Shown: positions 16,494 through 26,979 of the stretch, piece by piece
Layout: every line of letters begins with the position of its first letter
How positions within the stretch are numbered: the stretch's first letter is position 1
Assembly: GCA_027492275.1 (NCBI GenBank)
Contig: JAPUFC010000093.1
Location: 1 to 32,000, forward strand
DNA from: Mesorhizobium sp.
GTDB lineage: Bacteria > Pseudomonadota > Alphaproteobacteria > Rhizobiales > Rhizobiaceae
Reading direction: 5' to 3'
Length of the DNA stretch: 32,000 nt
Program-made: the position numbers and the translations under genes
Notes under the pieces: model-generated
The model's input: the letters and a program-made list of their open reading frames with translations, nothing else
What the model was told of the DNA's origin: nothing
The model's database searches: none

Positions 16494-17159
16494 ATGCGTG
16501 GTTGCCTTTCCTGCGTCATCGACGCAAAAGGCATGATCATCGAAACAGGCGTCGGCGAAGAGTTGGGAATGGTGACCGGAGCGAGGCCAAGGAAAACCAG
16601 GGCGGGAGCGGAGCCGCAGGACGGCAAGGAGACATACCGCCCGCCGCTCACCATATCGCATCGTTCTCTGTTGACCAAAGGCAGCGATATCGAGTTTCGC
16701 GAGACGATCTATCTCATGATCGAGATCTTGCGCATCTTCGATTCCTGCAACGCGGTTTTCGGCCGGGCGCTGGGCATCGCCGGCACGCAGTTTTCCGTCC
16801 TCATCGGCGTGGCGTTTCGTCAGGGCGAAGAGGGAATAACGATCAGCAGGCTGGCGAAATACATCCAGCTTTCCTCGACCCAGGTGACGATGGAAGTCAG
16901 CGCCCTCGTTCGCCAAGGCCTTCTCGTGAAACGCGCGGGCACGCACGATCGCCGCAGCGTGCTTGTCATGCTGTCGCCGGCCGGCCAGGACGCGATCGAG
17001 CAGGTCGTGCCCCTCATCCGCAAGGTCAACGACCTTCTGTTCGACGGGGTTTCGCACAAGCAGATGCTGCATCTCAAGGACATGTTCGCGCAGCTTTCGA
17101 AGAACAGCGAGTTCATGTGGGCCGAGATACGGCTCTACGAGCGCGAACACGATCGTTGA
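16494..17159 (+). CDS. MarR-family transcriptional regulator with an N-terminal extension (start uncertain: 16494, 16533 or 16569)
   Basis: FRETIYLMIEILRIFDSCNAVFGRALGIAGTQFSVLIGVA...ITISRLAKYIQLSSTQVTMEVSALVRQGLLVKRAGTHDRRSVLVMLSPAG is a MarR winged helix. Confidence 0.75.
   Translation: MRGCLSCVIDAKGMIIETGVGEELGMVTGARPRKTRAGAEPQDGKETYRPPLTISHRSLLTKGSDIEFRETIYLMIEILRIFDSCNAVFGRALGIAGTQFSVLIGVAFRQGEEGITISRLAKYIQLSSTQVTMEVSALVRQGLLVKRAGTHDRRSVLVMLSPAGQDAIEQVVPLIRKVNDLLFDGVSHKQMLHLKDMFAQLSKNSEFMWAEIRLYEREHDR
16504..16532 (+). promoter_or_regulatory. Bipartite inverted repeat/hairpin at the 5' end of the second MarR gene
   Basis: GCCTTT-cc-TGCGTC-atc-GACGCA-a-AAAGGC, two 6-bp arms. It ends 1 nt before ATG 16533. 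Confidence 0.3.
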
Positions 17160-17213
17160 CGGCTCGGCACGGCGCGCGCGAAGCGCTTCGACCGACCTTG
17201 CGGCTGACGAAAG

Positions 17214-18227
17214 TCATCCGATCGCGTCCGCGGCCCGTCGGGCGAACTTTTCTGCGAGGTCTCCCCTGGTCGCGGCGTCCTGCGCGGCGGCGGTGCCGGC
17301 CCGCGCCCGGTCGGCGATGCCGACGAAGATGACGGCGAAACGGAACAGCGCGAAGGCCACGTGGAAGCGCATCAGCGCCGGCGTCGGCACGGCCGAGGCA
17401 TAGTAGCGCGCCACGAACGCGGCCTGCCCGGGCAGTTTCATCCCGGCGAGATCGAGGCCGAGGATGCCGCCATACTCGTCGGGCGCGGTGTGCCAGGGCA
17501 TGCAGCAGAAGCCGAGGTCGGCCAGCGGATGGCCGAGCGTCGACAGCTCCCAGTCGAGAATGGCGACGACCTCCGCCTTCGTCGGGTGGAACAGAATGTT
17601 GCCGAGGCGAAAATCGCCATGCGCGATCGCCACCCGCCCGTCATCCTCCGGCTGGTTGTCGCGCAGCCAGGCGATGACGCGGTCGAGCGCGGGGATGCGG
17701 GGCGAGGGCGATTCGTCGTACTGCCGCGACCAGCGGGCGATCTGACGCGCGAAGTAGCTGCCGGGCTTGCCGTAGTCGGCGAGACCGATGGCGGCGGGAT
17801 CGACGGCGTGCAGCTTCGCCATCGCGTCGGCCATTGCGAAATAGAGCGGCGCGCGCTCGTCAGGCGCGGCCTGCGCCAGCGAGCACGCGTGGAACACGCG
17901 GCCCTCCACCCGCTCCATCAGGTAGAAGGGCGTGCCGATCAGGGCAGGGTCCTCGTGCAACAGCAGGGCTTTCGGCACCGGCACGCCGGTCTGCTCCAGC
18001 GCCTTGAGAACGCGATACTCGCGCTCGACCGCGTGGGCGCCGGGCAGGATGTCGCCGGCCGGCTTCTTGCGCAGCACCAGGCGGCGCGCTCCGTGGCCGA
18101 CGAAGAAGGTTGGGTTGGACTGCCCGCCGCCGACGCGCTCGATCGACAGCGGCGCGGAACCGAAGCGGTCGTCCAGGAAGCCGCCGAACCGTGCCACCGA
18201 GAATTCGGCGATGGTCTCGTCGCGCAT
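17214..18227 (-). CDS. APH/ChoK-fold phosphotransferase of the ACAD10/11 N-terminal-like (LvaA-like) type
   Basis: 337 aa, starting at MRDETIAEF inside the ORF 17214..19313. IERVGGGQSNPTFFV, VLRKKP, the catalytic HGDFRLGNILF motif and the ILDWELS metal-binding motif are all present. Confidence 0.85.
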   Translation of the reverse strand: MRDETIAEFSVARFGGFLDDRFGSAPLSIERVGGGQSNPTFFVGHGARRLVLRKKPAGDILPGAHAVEREYRVLKALEQTGVPVPKALLLHEDPALIGTPFYLMERVEGRVFHACSLAQAAPDERAPLYFAMADAMAKLHAVDPAAIGLADYGKPGSYFARQIARWSRQYDESPSPRIPALDRVIAWLRDNQPEDDGRVAIAHGDFRLGNILFHPTKAEVVAILDWELSTLGHPLADLGFCCMPWHTAPDEYGGILGLDLAGMKLPGQAAFVARYYASAVPTPALMRFHVAFALFRFAVIFVGIADRARAGTAAAQDAATRGDLAEKFARRAADAIG

Positions 18228-18229
18228 TC

Positions 18230-19843
18230 TCAACCGTCCTGCTTGCGCAATTGCCCGCGCAGCATGAACTTCTGGATCTTGCCGGTCGCGGTCTTCGGGA
18301 TTTCGGCGAAGACGAACAGCGCCGGCACCTTGTAGCCGGCGAGGTGCTGGCGGCAGAAGGCGCGCAGCTCCTCGCCCGTCGCCGAAGCGCCGTCGCGCAG
18401 CTCGATGAAGGCGGCCGGCGTCTCGCCCCATTTGTCGTGCGGCGCCGCGACCACGGCGGCAAGCAGCACGGCCGGATGGCGGTGCAGCACGCCCTCGATT
18501 TCGAGGCTGGAAATGTTCTCGCCGCCGGAAATGATGACGTCCTTGGAACGGTCGCGGATTTCGATGTTGCCGTCGGGGTGGCGGACGGCGAGGTCGCCCG
18601 TGTGGAACATGCCGCCCGCGAACGCCTTTTCCGTCGTCTCCGCATCGCGGGCGTAACCGGCCATCAGCGTGTTGCCCGCCAGCACGATCTCGCCCATGGT
18701 CGTTCCGTCCGCCGGCACGTCGGTCCCGGTCTCGTCGATGACGCGCACGCGGCTGGCGGTGATGTGGCGCACCCCCTGCTTGGCCAGCTCCCTCGCCACC
18801 TCGCCCGCCGGCAGCGCCCGCTCCGCCTCCGTCAGCGCGCGCAGTGTCGCCGGCCCGTAGGATTCGGTCAGGCCGTAGAGATGGGTCAGGTCGAAGCCCA
18901 GTGCGCCGAGCTGCTCGATCAGCGCGGCGGTCGGCGCGGCCCCGCCGGTGGCCACGGCGATGCGTCGCGAGGCATCGCGGCCGGCCCGCGCGGGATGGTT
19001 GAGCATCATGGTGAGCACGACCGGCGCGCAGGACAGATGCGTCACCCCATGCGCCTCGATCGCGGGGAAGATGAGCGCCGGATCCGGCCGGTCGAGGCAG
19101 ACGTGCAGGCCGCCGGCCGCCGTCACCGCCCAGGTGTGGCACCAGCCATTGCAGTGGAACATCGGCAGCGTCCACAGATAGACCGAGCGCGCGGTCAGGC
19201 CGAGCGCCAGCACGTTGCCGAGCGCGTTGAGATAGGCGCCGCGATGATGGTAGACGACGCCCTTGGGCCGGCCGGTGGTTCCCGACGTGTAGTTGACGCA
19301 TATGGGCTGCCACTCGTCGGCGATCGCCGACAGGTCGAGCGCCGCGTCGGTTTCGTCGTCCGCCAGCAGGTCGAGCAGGGAAGCGCCCTGCGCCGCCGCC
19401 GCTTCCCCGCCGACCGGGAGCCGAAGCAGGGCCACGCCGGCGCTCGCCGCCGCCGCGTGCGCCACGGCCAGGCAGCCGTCGTCCGCGATCATGAGCCGGC
19501 TTTGCGAATGGGACAGGATGTAGCCCACCGTATCGGCGTCGAGCCGCGTGTTGATGGTGTTCAGCACCGCGCCGACCATCGGCACGGCGTAATGCGCGGC
19601 CAGCATCTCGGGCCGGTTCGACGCCATGACCGACACCACGTCCCCGGCCGTCACGCCGGCCGAAGTCAGGAACCGCGCCATGCGCGCGACCATCCGGGCG
19701 AAGGCCGCGTAGGTCCAGGTCCGGCCGTTCCAGGCGACGGCCGGGCGCTCGGAATGCACCTCAGCCGACCGGACCAGGAATTCGACCGGGGTCAGCGGCA
19801 CATGGTTGGCGGCGCGCGGCCGCAAATGCTCCTCCACTCGCAT
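18230..19843 (-). CDS. AMP-forming acyl-CoA synthetase (short/medium-chain type)
   Basis: 537 aa, starting at MRVEEHL inside the ORF 18230..20884 (GGAGG ribosome-binding site). YTSGTTGRPKGV, LPMFHCNGW, YGLTESYG, GMFHTGDL and PKTATGKIQK motifs. Confidence 0.9.
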   Translation of the reverse strand: MRVEEHLRPRAANHVPLTPVEFLVRSAEVHSERPAVAWNGRTWTYAAFARMVARMARFLTSAGVTAGDVVSVMASNRPEMLAAHYAVPMVGAVLNTINTRLDADTVGYILSHSQSRLMIADDGCLAVAHAAAASAGVALLRLPVGGEAAAAQGASLLDLLADDETDAALDLSAIADEWQPICVNYTSGTTGRPKGVVYHHRGAYLNALGNVLALGLTARSVYLWTLPMFHCNGWCHTWAVTAAGGLHVCLDRPDPALIFPAIEAHGVTHLSCAPVVLTMMLNHPARAGRDASRRIAVATGGAAPTAALIEQLGALGFDLTHLYGLTESYGPATLRALTEAERALPAGEVARELAKQGVRHITASRVRVIDETGTDVPADGTTMGEIVLAGNTLMAGYARDAETTEKAFAGGMFHTGDLAVRHPDGNIEIRDRSKDVIISGGENISSLEIEGVLHRHPAVLLAAVVAAPHDKWGETPAAFIELRDGASATGEELRAFCRQHLAGYKVPALFVFAEIPKTATGKIQKFMLRGQLRKQDG

Positions 19844-19854
19844 CGTCGCCTCCG

Positions 19855-21057
19855 TCAGGCTGCCTGCCACGTCCAGAAACCATTCTCCTCGGCGTCGAGA
19901 TGGGTGTTCAGCACCATCTTGTGCACCTCGTCCGCCCCGTCGACCAGCCGTGCCTGCCGCGCATAGCGATAGATCCATTCCAGCACCGTGTCCTTGGAAT
20001 AGCCGCGCGCGCCGTTGATCTGGATCGCGGTGTCGGCGGCTTGGTGAAGCAGGTTGGCGACATGCACCTTGGCCATCGACACCTCCTTGCGGGCGAACGA
20101 GCCCTGGTCGAGCGCCCAGGCCGCCTTCATGACCAGCAGCCGGCCGATCTCGATCTTCAAGGCGAGGTCGCCCAGCATCATCTGGATGGACTCCCGGTCC
20201 GCCAGCCGCCTGCCGAAGCCGGTGCGTTCCGCGGCATAGGCGCGCGCGATCTCGACGCAGCGCCTGGACAGGCCGAGCCAGCGCATGCAATGCGTCAGCC
20301 GCGCCGGCCCGAGGCGGATCTGCGTCACCTTGAGCCCGTCTCCCTCCTTCATCAGGACGTTGCCGGCCGGTACTTCGAGCCCGTCGAAGACCAGCTCGCA
20401 ATGGCCTCCGTGCTCCTCCGGGCCCATGATGTCGATGCGCCGCTCGATCGTCCAGCCGGGCTGGTCGCGGTCGAACAGGAAGGCGGTCAGCCCCTTGCGC
20501 GGATCGTCCGAGGTCCTGGCGAGCAGGATGAAGTGCTGCGCTTCCGCAGCGCCGGTGATGAACCATTTGCGGCCGCTGATGACATAGGCGTCGCCGCGCT
20601 TCTCGGCGCGGGTCATCATCATCGACGGGTCGGAGCCGCCGCCCGGCATGGGCTCGGTCATGGCGAAGGCGGAGCGCACCTTGCCCTCCACGATCGGCTT
20701 CAGCCAGCGCGCCTTCTGCGCCTCCGTTCCCACCGCTTCCAGAACCATCATGTTGCCGTCGTCGGGAGCGGCGGAATTGAAGATCACCGGGCCGAAGATG
20801 GAGCGGTTCATGGCCTCGTAGCAGACCGCCATGCCGACCTTGCCGAGCCCCTGGCCGCCCGTTTCCGGCTTGAGCTGCAGGCACCAGAGACCCTCGGCCT
20901 TCGCCTCGGCGCGCAGCCGGTCGGCAAGGTCGAGGCGGATGTTCTCATGCGCGTCGTAGCTGGAGCGGTCCGCCTCGAGGGGAAGCAGCCTGTCCCCGAC
21001 GAAGGCCGCGATGCGCGAGCGGAATTCCTCGATACGCGGGGAGACGGTGAAATCCAT
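19855..21057 (-). CDS. Acyl-CoA dehydrogenase family protein, FadE2/ACAD10-11 C-terminal-like
   Basis: 400 aa, starting at MDFTVSPRIEEF inside the ORF 19855..21843. AFAMTEPMPGGGSDPS, ISGRKWFITGA, RLGPARLTHCMRWLG and LVDGADEVHKMVL match the FadE2-like subgroup as I recall it. Confidence 0.9.
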   Translation of the reverse strand: MDFTVSPRIEEFRSRIAAFVGDRLLPLEADRSSYDAHENIRLDLADRLRAEAKAEGLWCLQLKPETGGQGLGKVGMAVCYEAMNRSIFGPVIFNSAAPDDGNMMVLEAVGTEAQKARWLKPIVEGKVRSAFAMTEPMPGGGSDPSMMMTRAEKRGDAYVISGRKWFITGAAEAQHFILLARTSDDPRKGLTAFLFDRDQPGWTIERRIDIMGPEEHGGHCELVFDGLEVPAGNVLMKEGDGLKVTQIRLGPARLTHCMRWLGLSRRCVEIARAYAAERTGFGRRLADRESIQMMLGDLALKIEIGRLLVMKAAWALDQGSFARKEVSMAKVHVANLLHQAADTAIQINGARGYSKDTVLEWIYRYARQARLVDGADEVHKMVLNTHLDAEENGFWTWQAA

Positions 21058-21080
21058 GCCGGTGTCCTTTCCGCGGCTGT

Positions 21081-21830
21081 TCAGAGGCTCGACACGAGAT
21101 GGCCGCCATCGACCGCCAGCGACGTTCCGGTGATGTAGCGCCCCGCATCGGTCGCCAGCAGGAGCAGCGCGCCGTCGAGGTCGCCGGGCTGGCCGAGCCG
21201 GCGCTGCGGGATGCGGCGCACAAGCGCCTGGCCGGCGTCGCTGTTGAAGAAGTCCCGGTTGAGATCGGTCTCGACATAGCCGGGGCACAGCGCGTTGACC
21301 CTGATGCCGAAGCGCGCCCATTCCAGCGCCAGCGCCTCGGTCAGCCGCACCACGCCGGCCTTCGAGGCGGCATAGCTCGCCACCGATCCGGCCACGCGGT
21401 GGCCGAGGATCGAGGCGACGTTGATGATCGAGCCGCCCCCGCCATCCTTCATGCGCCTCGCGGCGGCCTGCGCGACCAGGAAGACGCCGCGCAGGTTCGT
21501 GTCCACGACGCGGTCCCATCCGGCCGCCGTGATGTCCAGCGCCGGCCTGGCGTCTGTCAGGCCGGCATTGTTGACCACCACGTCGACCCGCACGCCGGCA
21601 CGGTCGAGCGCGGCGAAGGCGTCGTCGACCGACCTTTCGTCGGTCACGTCGAGCGCCACGGCCTCGGCCGCTCCGCCGGCCTCCTCGATGTCGCGCTTCA
21701 GCGCGTGCAGCGCATCGATGCGGCGCGCCGCCAGGACCACGGAGCGACCGCTGGAGGCGAGCGTGCGGGCGAAGTGCGCGCCGAGCCCGGACGAGGCTCC
21801 AGTCACGAGGGCCGAACCCGGCGAATTCAT
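21081..21830 (-). CDS. Short-chain dehydrogenase/reductase (classical SDR)
   Basis: 249 aa. TGASSGLG cofactor motif, NNAG, and the catalytic Ser...YAASK. Confidence 0.9.
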   Translation of the reverse strand: MNSPGSALVTGASSGLGAHFARTLASSGRSVVLAARRIDALHALKRDIEEAGGAAEAVALDVTDERSVDDAFAALDRAGVRVDVVVNNAGLTDARPALDITAAGWDRVVDTNLRGVFLVAQAAARRMKDGGGGSIINVASILGHRVAGSVASYAASKAGVVRLTEALALEWARFGIRVNALCPGYVETDLNRDFFNSDAGQALVRRIPQRRLGQPGDLDGALLLLATDAGRYITGTSLAVDGGHLVSSL

Positions 21831-21849
21831 CCAAGCCTCCCACTTTCCG

Positions 21850-21873
21850 AGCGAGTGTTCGCTTTATTTTATA
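21850..21873 (-). promoter_or_regulatory. Candidate -10 box and overlapping palindromic operator for the SDR-ACAD-ligase-kinase operon
   Basis: The minus strand reads TATAAAAT (21873-21866), immediately followed by the palindrome AGCGA-acac-TCGCT (21863-21850). This lies 20-43 nt upstream of ATG 21830 (GGGAGG ribosome-binding site). Confidence 0.3.
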
Positions 21874-22138
21874 AGCTTTGCCTGCGCAAGAAAAGATTGA
21901 AGGGAGCCAAAGGCGCGGCCACCACCCGGCGGTCGTCTTGCGGGCCGTTCGATCGCGCGCCAGCCGCCGCAGGCCTCGAAGCTTGGAAGCGCCGCGAGGG
22001 GCCTGGCCGCGGACCCGAAGCGCGCGCGAGGCCGGCGATCGGGCTCCTCCGAGTCCACGCTAGTCGCGGCGGCGCGGGCGGGATATTGCAGTTAATCACC
22101 ATTGCCCCGAAAGTCATGACGATCCGCGGGAGACCATC

Positions 22139-25744
<3,606 letters not shown>

Positions 25745-25788
25745 GCTTCGTTACGCCGTCGCGGACGACCGGCCCGACCGGCCGCCAC

Positions 25789-26013
25789 TCATGCCTTGCG
25801 CGATCGTCTCGCGGGCGCGGGCTTGGCCGGCGGCGGCGCGGCGGCGATCTCAGCCTCCCGCGCCAGCCGCATGGCGCGCAGGCGCGCCGTCTTTGCGTCT
25901 CTTTGCGATACCTCACCCTCGATGATGGAGCGCGCGACACGCGTCGTCATCTCGCCCTTGGCCTGAGAGCTTGTCGGTTTTGGCTTGAAAAGGCCTTCCG
26001 GGGCAGCTTTCAT
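25789..26013 (-). CDS. Small basic hypothetical protein (74 aa, Lys/Arg/Ala-rich)
   Basis: Start at MKAAPEGLFKPKP, 7 nt after a strong AAGGAG ribosome-binding site; the ORF track extends it to 26109, across a terminator. It resembles small conserved rhizobial proteins I cannot name. Confidence 0.55.
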   Translation of the reverse strand: MKAAPEGLFKPKPTSSQAKGEMTTRVARSIIEGEVSQRDAKTARLRAMRLAREAEIAAAPPPAKPAPARRSRKA

Positions 26014-26036
26014 GATGGGACTCCTTGTTCGATAAA

Positions 26037-26063
26037 CGAAAAAGGCCGGGACTTCTCCCGACC
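26037..26063 (-). terminator. Rho-independent terminator of cspA
   Basis: On the minus strand, the stem GGUCGGGA/UCCCGGCC (one G-U pair) has a GAAG loop and is followed by UUUUU. It lies 66 nt after the cspA stop. Confidence 0.6.
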
Positions 26064-26128
26064 TTCTCTCAATCGCGTCAATGGCCAGTGCCAGTACATC
26101 CGTGGTCAAAGACCAGAAGCGATAGGTT

Positions 26129-26338
26129 TTATGCGGCCTGGAGGTTCTCGGCCGAGCTCTTGCCGCTACGCTTGTCCTGCACGACCTCGAAGCTGAGCTT
26201 CTGGCCCTCGACCACGCTGCGCATTCCTGCGCGCTCGACGGCCGAGATGTGGACGAACACGTCCTGCCCGCCCGAGTCGGGCTGGATGAAGCCGAAGCCC
26301 TTGGTCGCGTTGAACCACTTGACTGTTCCAGTATTCAT
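26129..26338 (-). CDS. cspA: Cold-shock protein, CspA family
   Basis: 69 aa: [34 protein letters not shown], containing the RNP1 (KGFGFI) and RNP2 (VFVHI) motifs. Confidence 0.95.
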   Translation of the reverse strand: MNTGTVKWFNATKGFGFIQPDSGGQDVFVHISAVERAGMRSVVEGQKLSFEVVQDKRSGKSSAENLQAA

Positions 26339-26475
26339 GACGATTTCCTTTCAATCGCGCAAAATTAAACGTTCGCAAGCCGAATGCTCGCAACGCGTTC
26401 CTACCGAAATTGAGAGAGAAAATCGTCGAAAGGCAAAGGCCGGTAACAAAATTCGACAAACAAGATCGCCTGCCA

Positions 26476-26504
26476 CATATAGGATACGTTTCGTTCTAAA
26501 GCAA
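26476..26504 (-). promoter_or_regulatory. Candidate cspA promoter, implying a 5' UTR of about 130 nt
   Basis: The minus strand reads TTGCTT (26504-26499), a 17-nt spacer, then TATATG (26481-26476). Confidence 0.3.
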
Positions 26505-26705
26505 GGGATGCGCGATTGTCTTTTTGCCGATCGGGTTTTTCTGCCGTCCGAGCCTTGATCTCGGCCTCTTTAGAGGGCACATGCCGTGCATCGTTCCGGC
26601 ATCGAGGTGCCGCCGGCAGCCCAACGTCCTCGGCCGCTGCTTTTCCGAAATCGATCACTGGCGCGAATCCGAGGGTCGGCGCCTCCATGACGCGAAGGAA
26701 GATGG

Positions 26706-26954
26706 ATGCAGATCATCGTACGCGACAACAATGTCGATCAGGCTCTCAAGGTGCTCAAGCGCAGGCTGCAACGCGAAGGCGTCCTGCGGGAACTGAAGGC
26801 GAGGCGCTTCTACGAAAAGCCGTCCGAACGCCGCGTCCGTGAAAAGGCCGAGGCGGTGAGGCGCGGCCGCAAAGCCGCTCGCCGGCTGGCGCAGAAGGAA
26901 GGCCTGCTGCCGGCGCCCAAGAAGCGCGTCGTCGCCGGCCCGCCCAGGCGCTGA
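26706..26954 (+). CDS. rpsU: 30S ribosomal protein S21
   Basis: 82 aa: [53 protein letters not shown], the typical alphaproteobacterial S21. GAAGGAAG ribosome-binding site. Confidence 0.95.
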   Translation: MQIIVRDNNVDQALKVLKRRLQREGVLRELKARRFYEKPSERRVREKAEAVRRGRKAARRLAQKEGLLPAPKKRVVAGPPRR

Positions 26955-26979
26955 CGGGCGCCGGCCCCGACCGGCCGTT

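Noticed and set aside
17214-21843. The ORF track suggests very long proteins (699, 884 and 662 aa) that would overlap each other extensively on the minus strand.
   Set aside because: The N-terminal extensions are low-complexity read-through of the upstream gene in another frame. Each real gene starts at an internal ATG with a Shine-Dalgarno sequence (18227, 19843, 21057). The resulting lengths of 337, 537 and 400 aa fit their families.
21886-21909. Possible sigma54 promoter (minus strand TGGCTC...TTGC) upstream of the Lva-like operon, by analogy with the sigma54-dependent lva operon.
   Set aside because: The GG and GC elements are 21 nt apart instead of the required 12. The -24 box is imperfect, and there is no enhancer-binding protein gene nearby.
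21878-22063. 61-aa Arg-rich ORF (plus two antisense ORFs) in the 308-bp gap between the SDR gene and the oxoprolinase gene.
   Set aside because: It has a TTG start without a ribosome-binding site, mixed third-position codon composition and a low-complexity basic sequence. I treat the gap as non-coding.
26955-26979. GC-rich short stem (GCCGG-cccga-CCGGC) between the convergent rpsU and hydrolase genes, as a terminator. A similar case is the 12-bp palindrome CGAAGCGCTTCG at 17179-17190, between the convergent MarR and kinase genes.
   Set aside because: The stems are only 4-5 bp with no following U-tract. That is too weak to call.
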